Positions 51,006 through 64,000 of a stretch of DNA of 64,000 nucleotides are shown here, piece by piece. Source of the DNA: Euglena gracilis (lineage: Eukaryota); contig CP154954.1 in the NCBI GenBank assembly GCA_039621445.1, forward strand, positions 21,526,954 through 21,590,953, read 5' to 3'. How positions within the stretch are numbered: position 1 is the first letter of the stretch; every line of letters starts with the position of its first letter. Position numbers and translations under genes: made by a program. Below the pieces are notes generated by a model that saw only the letters and a program-made list of their open reading frames with translations, was not told where the DNA came from and did not search any database.

Positions 51006-51801
51006 CAGGGGCAGGGAGATATTCCGGTCGGAATAAACCGGAATAAACCGGAATCGCGAAAGCCAGGATAAACCGGAATAAACCGGAATAACCAGAATAA
51101 AAGTGCCAGCCAATGACATGAAAATTCTGCAAGACACAAAGGCAATAAAGGTGACGTTTGACGTATTTCCATGTTTTCCTCAATCAATCTCATGTCAGAT
51201 GGATCATATTAAGAGGACGGGCCACCAATGAAGAAGGCAAGATCTTCCAAAGGAGTGGTGAATAAGGCAAACTGTGCAATGAAATGACAGTTTGCAGGCG
51301 CATTCAGGATTTTCCCAAGGGAGTGGTTTGTGTTTGTGAAGCAATATCGGCAATCCCCACCAAATCATTCAGTCAATATCCTAAGTTAATGAGACAGCCA
51401 TTGAAGGGTTCAAAACACACCTGCTGGGTGTTGTGTGCATTATATGCTGTGGTGATACCTGCTCTTAGGCACCTTATTTGTTAAAGTGCCTGCTTTCATC
51501 TCCGCGTCCTGGGGAACCCCACCACATCCTGCTTACATTTTTTGGGTTTTTGGGGTATCTTGTCATTTTCATGATAAAATGTCGATGTGCATTTGCACAC
51601 ATCGACAAAGAAAAAAAGCTTAAGTGCGAGATGCATCGCCTAAGATTGGCACTCGGCAGGACAATTTTTGAGAAGAAAAAAGAAAGCGGTGCCAGGGACC
51701 AACCGGAATAAATTCCGGAATAAACCGGAATAACCCGGAATAAACCGGAATAAAACCCCGGAATAAAATTTTTGGCCGACCGGAATATATCCCCGCCCCT
51801 G
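51006..51801. mobile_element. TIR element (796 bp)
   Basis: 26-bp TIR caggggc(a/g)ggga(g/t)atattccggtcgg; 7-bp TSD cattgac; ccggaataaa subterminal repeats at both ends. Confidence 0.8.
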
Positions 51802-54800
51802 CATTGACTTAGAAATATTCAGTTCGGGAGCCGACTGTGGGTGAAGATACTTGCAAAAAATTGGTGTGGATGAAGATACAGGGAGAGATGTGCAATGGCA
51901 TGGGTGGACCATCTGGCTCCCAAGCTGGACGTAGTTGGAAACAAAATCCAAAAGTAGCCCAGATGTTGAGGGAATATATTTTCTTTGCAGTTCTCTCAAA
52001 TAATACACTAAAAAAGGCCATTTCCCATATTCCCCATTATTTTTCACCCAATTCTGCTGGACAATACCAGATTTAATTTTTCAGGTGAAATATGTCGGTT
52101 GTTTTCTATTGAAGGAATGACACCCCCCAAATTGGTAGGAGATTCAAAAATCTAAAATTTTTTTTTCAGGAGGGGTCAGTAATTTGAGACGACGACGTCC
52201 AGGGCAAAGTTTTGGTCGAAATGGAGGCCCTGATTTTTACCAACCTACCCCCCCCCCCCTGGCTCATTGACCTGTGGAACGTTGGTCTCAATAGGCGGGA
52301 GGACCAACTTGGGGGGGGGGCATGTTGACTCCAACAGCCAAGGGGGGCCAAGGAGCCGCCAAGCCAAAATGCCTCAAAAGGGGGGGTCCGTATCGACCCC
52401 AACAGGCCTGGGGACCAACTTTTGAAGGGGGCACGTTGGCCCCAAAAGCCGGGGGTGGGAAAGAGCTTGGGGGGGGGGCAATGAGCCCACAAAGTAATTC
52501 AAAGGCTTCTTAGTTCTTAGTTGGGGACGATGCTGCTGAAATTTTTTTCTTTATCTTTTCCCACCTCCTGCAGGATCATTATTTTCCAATTGGACTCAAA
52601 ATGTAAATGCAAATGATGTGTATTGCCTCATCCATGCCTCAGCAAAGCCAGGAAGCATTGCGTATTAGCCAACATCGCATTTTTCGAATGTTTTCAATTT
52701 CATGGTAACCCCCCGCCAAAATGCTTTTAGGTCTGTTACTGGAACACACCATCTGGTCTTTAGGAGCTCTTATTATTTGGATTTTCTCTTTACCCACCCT
52801 GGCATTTTGGCTTTCCAAATGAGTTCGTTGCAGTGTGCTATACAAAAATTGGTGTTATTTGAGGCTTGACGTGGCTTTGGGGGTCTCAAAAATTACACGC
52901 TATCAGAATTTTTTTATTTTGTGGATTCTTTTGGTGCCTGGCGCCGTAAGCTCCTTGAACCTTGTCTCCTCATTGAACGTTTTTTATTTCCTCATTTTTT
53001 CCTTGGCAAGTAAATGAATTATTTCTGAGGTGTGTTGCCACATGGGCATTTGCAATTGCAAGGAACCCAAAGATGAGCTTGTGTTCGACCCTGCTCTGGT
53101 TACCACTGATGACCAGCGGCAAAAGCTCTGTAAAAAGGTGGCCCAAGTTGTGACCGGAAAAGATCAGCAAACGTTCTATTTTCCCTGATGAGTTTTGTGT
53201 TGTTTTATTCCAGCTTGGGTGACACTGACACAAATATGCACAAACACACACGGAAAAAGCACACTAATATATCATCCCTTCCCCCCGTAACGCTATTTTG
53301 GCAATTTATTTTGTTTCTTTCCCCAGAAGCATACCTTTTCCACCGTGGTGCGATTTGACAACTGCTTATTATTGTATGGCGTGCAAATTTACGTTCGCCG
53401 GAGAGGTCTCATTACTTTGAACCTTCGTTTCTTCTCCCCTTGGTATTTCCTGCCGTTTTTGAAAATGAGAATATGATTTTGCTGGGGAGGGCCAAAAAAT
53501 TCACCGTCTAAATAACAGCATGAAAATAAATGCCATTTTCTTGAAACACAGCAATGTGGTACAAAATGTGTGCCTCCATTGATCCAACCGTCTGTTTCCA
53601 TCCCTGATCCGAGGTGTTTGGATTGGGGTCAGCAGCAAAATTAAATCGAATTTATTGATCAAAGGTTATTGTTACAGTCACAATCAAGGCAAAATTATAT
53701 GAAGTGAAAAGCTACAAAGTTTATATGGGTAAACAAATAATGTTTTGGGAGAATATTACTTTTCTTTTTGGATTAAATCTTTTCAGACCACACTGCAACC
53801 AAAAAACCTCCATCCATGTGGTTAGGATGAGCAAACTTCTCAAAACGTGTAATGTGCACATATGATGTGTGGTGATTGGTTTTGTCACCACTTATTGACA
53901 GTATCCCCTTTATGTTTGGTCCGACCCTGGGTCAGGCCCAATTCCGAGGACCTCCATAGGAGAGGGGGGGGGTCAGCCTGCAGCCTTTTTCCAGCCAGCC
54001 CAAATTTTCCACCCTCTGAGCTGGACTCCCCCCTGGGGGGTCAGTAAGGTGCCCCCTGATCCGTGTGTATGTACCCTGTCGTGTGTGTGTGTGTGGACCG
54101 GGTTGTCGGGGGGGGGGGGCAGGCGGCCTTCGGTATGAGAGGCCTAGGCAAACGTACGTAACCTCCTCACCTTTTTTCAAAACCTTATCAATGAAAGTTG
54201 TTGACAGCGGTTGAACAAGCAAATCACAGCATGCAAATCTGGCAATGCTTAACCTTTCCCACAGACGTTCCATTGCAGAACAGAACCCCAGGTGAGAGGT
54301 GTCCGGCCTCACTCCCAGTGGTTTATCACCCAGCCAGCAGCATCCGGCCGGGCTGTACGGAAGGTCTGGTGGGGTGGGGTCGACCCCCCCCACCCAGGAG
54401 GTGGGGGGGGGAGCGACCTCCCCCTGTTTCATGGACAAGGGATTCATCTAGAAGTCCTCCTAAAAAGTCCGCCAAGGGTCCAGCTTGCTGCCGGCGTCCC
54501 ACCACCCCTCCCACATTTCCGAGGGTGGCGATTTTCAGGTCAAAATTTTTCCTTGGCAGTGCTCATTGTGTTGGGATTTTATGAATCCCAACACAAACCC
54601 AATACATATCCCAACACATATCCCACCACAAATCCCAACATGCAATCCTAACACAAACACCGAATTGTGGTAGGTGCAATATTTTTTTGTCTTTTTTTTT
54701 GTCTTTGGGAGGGGTTCGTTTTGTCTTTTGTTAGTATTTGTTTCCAAATTGCGCCTCGGCCTTTTCATCTGGTTCTTTTGCTGTCAGTTGAGTATTTCTT

Positions 54801-54839
54801 TTTTATTCCATTTTTATTTGAGAATAAACGGATGCTGAA

Positions 54840-57800
54840 ATGGACGAGAAAGGAAGGGATTTTGTCAATGAATACACTGTGATCAAGCACTTGGGATCTG
54901 GAACATATGGCACAGTAAATCTGTGTGAGCATTATCAAAACAGGCAATTTCTATCAAGCACTCATGGGACGGGAAACAAATTGCTGTCTCCACCTCTGTA
55001 AGCCCTTGTTCTTCAAAGGCTGAACACCAGTATTTCACACGAGCATTTGCAATTTGAAATTTTGCTATTTTTTTGTCAACTGGAGAAAGTTTTCCCTAAG
55101 TTAGACCCAGGCTTATTAGTTACCTCCCAAAAAGTCTGTCAAGATTGCCTGCCTCTGACGCAGGAACAGTATGCGGTGAAGGTCATCCCTCGTGCAAAGG
55201 TGAAGAAAGCAAATGTGGCGGAAGCTGAGATTTTGAAGAAGCTGAACTGAGGCCTCATCCTGTGCCAACTCTCTGTAAGTTTGTGCGAGATGATCAGTGT
55301 TTTTGCCAGTTTCTTTCCAGTATGTTCCAGAAATCTATGAGGCAGTGGTCTCCATGCAACATCCGAACGTCATTCAGATGTATGAGTTGATGGATGACGC
55401 CGGGCAAGAGTTCATTTACCTTTTGCAGGCTTCTTCTCCACAGCGATATGTGGCATGAGAAAGGTTTTTTTTAGGGTTGGTCTGCCAGGCTACCACAAAC
55501 TCAGACAAAAAAGGGGGGACAGAGGCGGAAAACAGCGCCAGACCAGAAGAGAACAAACAGCCGCAGTGCATGCATGGGCGGATTTGCACGTGTGCCAGAA
55601 TGAAGCTAAAGCCTGATTTCGTGCTAGAGTTTGTGGCAGACGGTGCCATTATGTCCCTCGATGGAGATGGCCAAGCAAAGACACCCACCCTAGAAGAAGT
55701 TACTTGTGCAAAGTGCATGAAGCAGGTCACAGAAGGGCTTGCCTACCTGCACAGTATGAACATCATCCACCGCGATATTAAGCCAGACAACTTGCTCATA
55801 GACAGAAAGAAAGACGTTGTCAAGCTCTGTGCTCAGGGTTCTTCCTGATCGTACAAAGGGTTTTTCTGAGAAAAAATCATTTTGAAAGAGATGTGGAAAG
55901 CCCCGAAGTGTGGAGCAGTGGAGCAATTAACACAAAAAAATGATTTTTTTCGGCAGAGGTATTTTGTTCACAAGGCTTTTGTGGCAAGCTGTATTTCATT
56001 TTCGCCTCCAGAACAGAAGATTGTTTTTGATTTGATTTGATTTCGCCGTGCATTTATTTTGAGGCAGAGGGCTGATTGCTTCATTTTCATCATAGGAAGC
56101 ATTCCTTGCACCCCAACCATTATTCCCAACAAGAACGGGAAGACGCCCTGTGCTTCGATTTCGGCGTCGGCATGCTGTTTGAGAACGAGAACGACACAGT
56201 GCGCAAAACGGAGGGCACCCCGTTTTTCCTGGCTCCCAGCCAGGGCTGCACCGCAGACCCCCACAGGCGCCATGCGGGTCTCCTCCCTCCCCTGGCCCCC
56301 TCGCGCATCAGGTTTGCCCGTCCAGCCGTGGCCCCGAGGCCTGCCGGGGGCAGTACTACTCCGGGAAGTCCTCCGATATCTGGCAACTCGGTATCACGCT
56401 GTTCGCGTTGATTTTTGGCCCTCCAGGGAGCTTAATTGTGGCTGGGGCTCGTGGTTTGGAAGTATTAGATTTCAAAATGATGTTGATGGACCCCACCTGC
56501 GAGGGGGGGGGGCGATAAAACCACTGATTATCCCCCACTTTCTTTTAATTATGGGTGGGTCAATTGTGGGTCTGGCTGACTGTTTCCATGATAGATTTAT
56601 CCTCTGGGGGAGGCTATGTGTGGGTTGCTGGGGAATTATGACAGCGTGCAAGGGAATGGTAAGGCTGGCAAATATGGTTAAATTCTCTGGTCCATTTCTG
56701 AGGATGACTGGAATAAGCCCTCAGGAGCAAGTTTCTTGAGGCTCCCGGGTTGTATTACTCAAGGTCTCTGCTTCTGTGTGCCATTCTTAGCTGCAAATCA
56801 GGTCGCCCTCTTCAACGACATCCAGCAAAAGCCTCTTTCTGGGCAAGGGGCAACTTATGCCACTCCGGAGATGCAGATCTTCTCCTCTTCCCCTTTTTTT
56901 CAGATCGGCGACACACAGACACCAACAGCAGCCGATTTCAATCAACACACATTGCTTACGGCGTGGATGGGTGGATGGAGAGCGATGGGTTGCAGTGAAG
57001 CAACCAGAAACCCCTCAGTCGACCCCTCCAATTGATTCTGGGAGCCACTACCTCCCCCCCCTAATAAGTGCACGGGTGCGCGCATTTTAAGGACGTAGTT
57101 TCAGACCCCAAGGGGTGCGCATTTATTAGGGCACTGCGCACTTATTAGGGCAAATCCCAAAATACAAAGTTTCCCCCACACTTTTTCATTTCAATTTTCT
57201 CCCCATTTTGTGATGTCAGGAATTAAGAGAGATCATGTGTCAAATCTGTGTTTGGATGATAGAAATATTTCGTCTGAGAAGGACAGTTCTGAGAAATGTG
57301 TGTGCTTTTCCGACCTGAGATGTGACAGTGATTTCTATTTTGGGGGGATGCACACTTTTTAGGGAGGTAGTTTCGGACCCTTGGGGGGTGCACATTTATT
57401 AGGGCACTGCGCATAATTAGGGCACTGCGCACTTATTAGGGGCGGGTTTACAATCAAGCAAGAGGGGTCCAAATGAAAGCTGGAGGCAGCAGAAACCGGC
57501 AGTGCAATGTCAAATAGTGCCATGCTTTTGCCCCGCAGGTAGCAGTTCGCCACCTGCGCTTTGATGGAGAGCTTAGGAAGCTGCATTTTCATTTTTTCCG
57601 CTTTGTTTGGCAATTTGCCAATACCACACCAGACCACACTATACCATACTACCTGACCTCGTCTTTCTTTACCTTACCTGACCTGATTTTACTACAACGT
57701 ACCATACCATACCATACCATACTGTACGTACCATACCATACCATATCATACCATACCATACCATACCATACCATACCATACCATACCATACCATACCATA

Positions 57801-60800
57801 CCATACCATACCATACCATACCGTACCGTACCGTACCGTACCATACCATACCATACCATACCATACCATACCATACCATACCATACCATACCATACCATA
57901 CCATACCATACCATACCATACCATACCATACCATACCATTTTTTTTAGTCAGTTTTAGGGTGGTTTGCGGCCGAAGAAAATCGTCCCCGGCGGCTTTCAT
58001 TTTTCTTCCCCTGGGGGGGTTATAAGTCCCGGTTTGGTTGGTCGTCCCGAGGGGGGGTTAGTAAGTGGGGGGGGTTATAAGTGGGGGGTTATAAGTGGGG
58101 GGGTTATGGTATGGTATGGTATGGTATGGTACGATATGGTATAGTATGGTATGGTATGGTATGAGAGGGGGGGTTTACCATACTATACCATACCATACCA
58201 TACCATACCATACCATACCATACCATACCATACCATACCATATCGTACTTTATGGCAGAGAACTTCATGTCCGCCTCCCGGAGCCAACGCTGCCCAGTGG
58301 CAGCATCCCAAAGGGGGCCAGTGCCAACCTGAGCCACCTGCTGCAGCGCATGCTGGAGAAGGACGCCCTCATCCGCATCTCCCTCAATGAGATCAAGGAC
58401 CGCCCAGGCCCCTTCCAGCATGGCTCATGGGCGAGGTGAGGACGCACTGTTTTTTTGTCACCCTGTGTGGCTTTTGTCCGTCTGACCTATCTGACGTTCC
58501 AATTGTTGACCTCTTCCGTCCCGGCAGAGTGACAGCCCCAGCCAAGAGCCCGTTTCTTTCCAGCCCCTTCCCTTCGATGAGCTCTGACTTCCTATTTGGC
58601 GCTTCGATTGTCACAGGGGTTAGGACTGAGGTTTCTGAATTTCTGGTCACAGGCCAAAGTGGCCCTCAGTTTCTAAAGCGCCACCATGAAGGAAAGAGAC
58701 AGTTTTGGTACCTTTTTTTTATACCCACCGCAAGATGAAATCAAGTTCTTTTGTTTCCCCTGTGCTTCACCCCCTGATAAATGACCCGAAAACCCTGGTC
58801 TTGCCCCCCCCCCTGCATGGCAACTGCAACCACTTTCAGTGAATTTCAACTGTAACAAGGCCCAGTGAACTTCGAAAAGATTGCATTTGCATTATTTGCC
58901 CAAACCCCCAAGCCAGTTTATTTGTTAGCTCCACGAGATCGGCCGCCCAAGTCAAAAATTTATGGGCCAACCCAGGGCATTCTTCAAGGGACGGGGCAAA
59001 TATTTTGTTTTAAAATTTAAAGGACCGCCCTTGGGCCAAATGCTGTCCACCTGCCGGTCTGGGGATTGAACAGGGTCGAAAACAAAAAAAAACATAAAGC
59101 CTTAAAATGCCTTTTCTGATATATTCAGTGGATGGGCGATGGACCAAGGATGCTAGAAATCAATTTTCCCCCAATGCCGACCTGTTTTCGCCGAAAAATG
59201 TCAAAATTTTCACCACTTTTTTGCAAGGATTTTTTTTTTGTTGAATGTGCTGGAACAGCAGAAAACAAGCACCTTAAACTTGAAGGTAGCCCGGGCCAAG
59301 CCCCAAAATTTTTGTTTCAAAAACGAGCTTTTGTTAATTGTGGCCAAACTCAACTTTCCCCAGTCTGGTCGAACCCAGGTCGGGTTCCAGCCAGTGCACT
59401 ATGTCTCATGGGGGAGGAGAGGACGGTCAGCAGAGCCATCCCAACCAGCCCAAATTTTCTGACCTCAAGGCTACTGGGGGGAGACTCTGGTGCATATTTG
59501 GCAGGGACAATTGAGAGTCATTTTCTCAAAAAAAACATGTAATACTGAACTGGAATTAGGTTTTTGCTCCGGAGATTGAAGGCGACCGCTCACACCCCTG
59601 GGTCACGGGGGAGAACAGCCCCGTGCCGAACTCCATGCGCCTGGTGGCCGCCGCCTCCGCGGAGAGTCTGACGTACTCTGAGCCGCCCGTCGCCGGCTTC
59701 TTCTTGCTCCTCGTCCCTGTAGCGCATGGGGATGGCATCAAGCCAGGAACAGGATGAAATGAAGATTTCTGAGGCACATCCTCCTTGGAAATGGGCAGCT
59801 TGGGAGCAAAGGGTGAGGAGATTGTTTTATTTGGCAATGCTGATCCATTTTACACCAACTCCTGATGGCTGATGGGGCAAAGAAATCAATGCAAATACAC
59901 ACCCTTCCCCCAAGTGATACGCCCCCAGTTTATAATCTGGGCAGCCAATATAAGGCAAGGGGGGTGTTTTGGGGGTTTTTCAAAATCAAAAATTGATTCC
60001 TCCTGACCCCCTTTTTTGTATTTCGGGCTTTTTGCCCATTTGATGATTTTTTTTGAAGAAAATTTTCTGACCCTTGCAAATTTTTGCAATTTTTGGGGGG
60101 TCTTTTCTCCCTTTTCTTTCACTGCAGTGCTGAGGGAGGGGTGTTATCATTTGGTCAGCCGAAGTCTGTCCGTGTCGGCAAACCGTCCCTGTGAAGTGTC
60201 CCTGTAACCAAAGTGTCCCTGTGAAATGTCCCTGTGAGGAAAGCGTCCCTGTAAAGTGTCCACGTAACCAAACTGCAGCCATGATGCTTCTTTTTGTTTG
60301 CTCAAAACAGTCCCCAGCCAAGACGTTTGGCCAAACGGACCTTACTCAGCTTCCCTCGCTTGTTTCTGTGTTCCATTGTTCCTCGCCATTGTTCCTCGGC
60401 ACCGAAATCATTTTTTTTCTGTGAGGATCCCAGTGCAACTGAGCGGCAGAGAAGGAGCCATGCCTCAGGCCCACACGGTCCCCCACAGAAGTGGTCAGCT
60501 ATCGGAGCCAAGCCGCTGCGCTGCCCTCGGGAATTCCCTCGGAGAAGCCCGTTTTGTTCAATGCGTGCATGCATCCACCTGCCACCTGTCCACACGTCAC
60601 GCCTCCAGCGCGGCTGGCAGTTCCTGAGGTTTGGGCCCTTCCCCCCCCCCCCATTTCTGACCACCATCAGGTTGGTCGGCTCAGGCTTGTGCCAGAGCCG
60701 AGGCTGGCGACCCATCCCTGTTGCTGTTCAGGCGTCAGCCCATCCAGTGCACACCCGTGCCAGGGGCTTGCCAGCATCCTGATCGTGGAGGACGTGTTCC

Positions 60801-63800
60801 TTCAACGGAGCATTTGCCGCAAAATCATGGAGTCCATCGTTGAGGGACAGCTCACCGTCCAAGGCTGACCCCTCACCCTCTGACCCTGGATCGGTGTCCG
60901 GTGGGCTGCTTGTTTGTTCGGTCAGCCCCGCGTACAAATTGAAGAAGTTGAAGGAATCTTTCACAATTTTGGGTCTCTGCATCATCTCTCTCTTGCATTC
61001 CCCATTACTGCCTCCGTTTTGGAGCCATTCGCATTACACGTGATTGTTCAATGGACTTCAATCCATTTCTTGATTCATGCACACTTTCGCTGATTCTCAC
61101 TCAGAAAGTTTTCTCAGTTGGGGGGGGGGGGTGTTCAGGTCATGAAGAAACTTGAATAGACCGAAGCAGAATGTTACTCAATATCCTGAGTTATGTTACT
61201 GAATATCCTGATAACACCTGCCCACAGAGTTATCAAGAGTGGGTGGGTGGTTCGGGGCTGCCGGACCCCCTCTGGGTGGGGCAATCACGCACACAACCAC
61301 ACACACACACACAGGAGGAGCATAAACCCTCCCCCCAAATAATTCCCCCCAAATAATACCCCCCCCCCCCCCCCAAATACCTCCCCCCCACGGGGTCCGA
61401 CTGCGGCGACCGAGTTAATCCCCCCCCAACCCCAATCTCGCGCCGACGACCCGGATTTGACCTGAAAATGTTGGTAAAAATCCCAATCTCTGACAACAAA
61501 TTGCGGAAAAAAAATCGGGTTTTCTGGATCATCTGTCCTCCAAAAATGCCAAATTTCACGAGAAGGTTCAAAACATGACCCCAAAGGGGGGTTTTTGGTG
61601 CTATTTTGGGTCTTACAGGACTTCGAAAAATTTCGAAAAATTTGGGATGCTATCACTCCCCCCCCCCAAACAATACCCCCCCCCCCCTCGGGCCGGGACT
61701 TCGGCTGAAAAAAATAACACCCCGGGGGGTATTGTTTGGGGGGGGGGGTTTAGCTTATTTTACACACCGAATTTTGTGGAGGGTACCCAACCCCCCCACC
61801 TATGGGCTGTGGTGGTGGTGTGTGCGGAACCTTCTCGGAGCTCCTCAGGTGTCCAATTTTGTACACAGGCCACAATTTTGTACACGCTACATGGCGTGGC
61901 ACTCACATGAACAACAAGAATCAACATGCACACATAAAATTTGAGAGACAACAGGATTCATGTTGTGAATGAAAGGGATCGACTTTTTTTGGGTGGGTGC
62001 GTGGCGGGTACTTGAAAAGAGTCAGTGGGTTGTGTCCAGGATATGGTGCCCAACCCCCTGGAGGCCACTAAGTGGATGACACCTATTTGTGGTGGAAGTC
62101 CAGATCACTCCTTTGGCAAAGCCTGCAAATGCAAAGCCTTGGCAATGTGTCTCGGTGGCAGGATTTGGTGGAATTTTTCTCGTATGTGGTACCGCAGTCC
62201 AAATTCCGCAAGTCCTTTTCGGAGGATAAAAAAAAGTTTTAAAAAAACTGCCAATTATGCAAAAGATCGAACTTTTTTTTTTAGTCCTAAATTTGAGCTG
62301 GCCGGCCCCTTTTCTGACCCATTTTGGCCTATTTTTGCCCCTCGAAAGCCAAAAATGCGTTACCGTCTTGCGGCTGCGAAATAATAAATGAAACTGGTCG
62401 ATGGGCCACTTTGCTATTCTGGGAGACGTCGCCCAGAACAAAACCCCCCGAATGGTTTTTCTGGGCAACCTTGAGTCCCCGTTGCTTTTCTGCGGAGCAA
62501 TGCCCTGTCCCCCCCCCCTCTAACGTTGACCCACGGCGCCTCGGACCCATGAGACCCAAGGCTCCCAGCCCCCTCGACCCTCTGATTCAAGGGAGCCTTG
62601 CACCCATCGACGAGGCGGCTGATGGTGGAGCGGCGGTTGCCTTCTGCCGGACCCACTTCTACCACCTCATCCTGATGGACATCCACCTGCCCAGGGCAGC
62701 CCCCCCCCCCCGGTGGTGCTGGAACACCTGGACCCCCTGTCCCCCCCACAGGCAAAGCCGCCAAGGTTCGCTTCACGTCGTGTGCCATGGCATTGGTTAA
62801 GGTGTGCCCGACTGGGTGTTTGGAGTGATGGATTGGTCCTTGGCTGCAGACCCTCTCCCCCTGGGGATAGGGTCGGGTTATTGGTCCATCTGGCGCCTTT
62901 GACGCCAGAAGGTTTTGGCAAATTTGACCAAAGTCCGTTACTTTTGAGCCATTTTATCCGTTGATTTTGATCCATTTTAGTCCCAGTGGCCAGAGTGACC
63001 GACGAGGGTCGGGCCGGAAGTGAGTCCCCCCTCCCTGGGGGGACTTCACAAGCAATGGTACGGCTGTGCCCCCCCCCCCCCAACGTCCCGACCCAACGGC
63101 CCTGCCAACGCCGGGGCTCAACGGCTTCGAGGCCACCGTCCACATCCGCACGCTGCAGCGGGAGCGCGGCGACGGCCTCGTGAGCCTCATCGTGGGGCTG
63201 ACTGGCAGCCAGGCCCCACCGTCGCCCCCGCCGAGGGTTCGACTGGGAGAGGGCGGGGGAATGGCCTCGCACCTGGGGGGGGGGGGGGGGGGGCTACTAA
63301 TGGTGCTGCCTGAACTGAGAACCGAGAATCAGAAACAGTTCCAGACTTCTGTCAATGAGAGGAATACTCCCACCTCCGCGCTGGCTGACCTCTCCGAATA
63401 CGATCTCCCACCCCCTCGCGGATGGCTGGTTGGCCGGCACCGAAGGAATCAGGCGCGAATTGCCCAATTTTTTTCTTTCCAATTTCTCTGTTTGGGGTTT
63501 CGGGGTTTCCACTTACGGCACCCTACCCGTTTGGGTTGGGAATGGGTCTGTTTTAGACAAAACAGCAAAATGCCGATTTTGTAAATTTATGGCGCTTTTA
63601 GGGGGGGGGGCTGGAAACCCCCCCCAGAATGCCCTGGAAAGTTGAAACACACAAAACCGGCAGAGCACACCTGGCCTCTGGAGAAGAAGGGTCCTGCGGG
63701 AGACACCCACGAGAGCGTGCCGAGTGTGGGGCACAGTAGCGGGATGAACGAGGTGCTGTGGAAGCCCGCCACCCCGGCGTCCATGCGCCAGCTCTGCGTC

Positions 63801-63905
63801 AAGTATGACATCCCGCGGAGGCGGGCCCCGGCTGCCGGGAATCTGTTGCCTCGGCAACCGTTGCTGGGGTGGGGGAGAACCAGGACTGAACAACGAATCT
63901 TTTGA
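54840..63905 (+). CDS. Gene B: CAMKK/GRIK-like Ser/Thr kinase with C-terminal receiver (REC) domain
   Basis: Exons ~54842-54937, 55157-55243, 55356-55422, 55621-55830, 56157-56237, 56336-56420, 56776-~56834, ~58269-58398, ~59591-59676, 60773-60856, 62606-62688, 63110-63206, 63702-(63815..63905). Motifs GSGTYG, AVK, HPNVI, HRDIKPDN, DFG, GTPFFLAPE, DIW, HPW; then ILIVED, LILMDIHLP, NGFEAT, GLTG, LWKP. True 5' and 3' ends uncertain. Confidence 0.9.
57700..58240. repeat. (CCATA)n pentanucleotide microsatellite with an inverted block
   Basis: (ccata)n 57700-57938, (tatgg)n 58105-58162, (ccata)n 58178-58240, all inside a kinase intron. Confidence 0.95.
60773..63815 (+). CDS. Receiver-domain exons of gene B
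   Basis: SILIVEDVFLQRSICRKIMESIVEGQLT|IDEAADGGAAVAFCRTHFYHLILMDIHL|PGLNGFEATVHIRTLQRERGDGLVSLIVGLTG|DTHESVPSVGHSSGMNEVLWKPATPASMRQLC. Confidence 0.88.
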
Positions 63906-64000
63906 ATCCCTTGAACCCCGAGGGCGGGTTGCCCCCCCCCCCCGCCAAATCTGGTGGGGAGTCCGACCACCCCCTCCCTCCACCACCCCTGAACTTTTTT

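Noticed and set aside
57649-58000. ORFs of repeated MVWYG
   Set aside because: Translations of the (CCATA)n microsatellite

Overview
Eukaryotic nuclear DNA, most likely from a euglenid. The genes only decode if euglenid-type nonconventional introns are removed (no GT-AG; 5' end typically nnnCAG pairing with 3' end CTGnnnnn). The six-frame ORF track is largely uninformative. Manual splicing recovers two genes. (1) A + strand CAMKK-like Ser/Thr kinase fused to an intact C-terminal receiver (REC) domain at ~54.8-63.9 kb, split by 12 stem-type introns. (2) A - strand gene of >=28 kb (37394 to <=9277) encoding four copies of an ~80-aa domain I do not recognise plus an AEPEP-rich linker, with canonical phase-1 introns at module borders and one nonconventional intron inside each module. 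The rest is a dense, nested repeat landscape: a ~965-bp tandem array carrying a hAT element whose transposase has its own nonconventional intron, hAT/Tc1/piggyBac-like MITEs with TSDs, two PHD-bearing elements, tRNA-like sequences, microsatellites and interstitial telomeric repeats. All gene models are manual, and some junctions are ambiguous by 1-6 nt.
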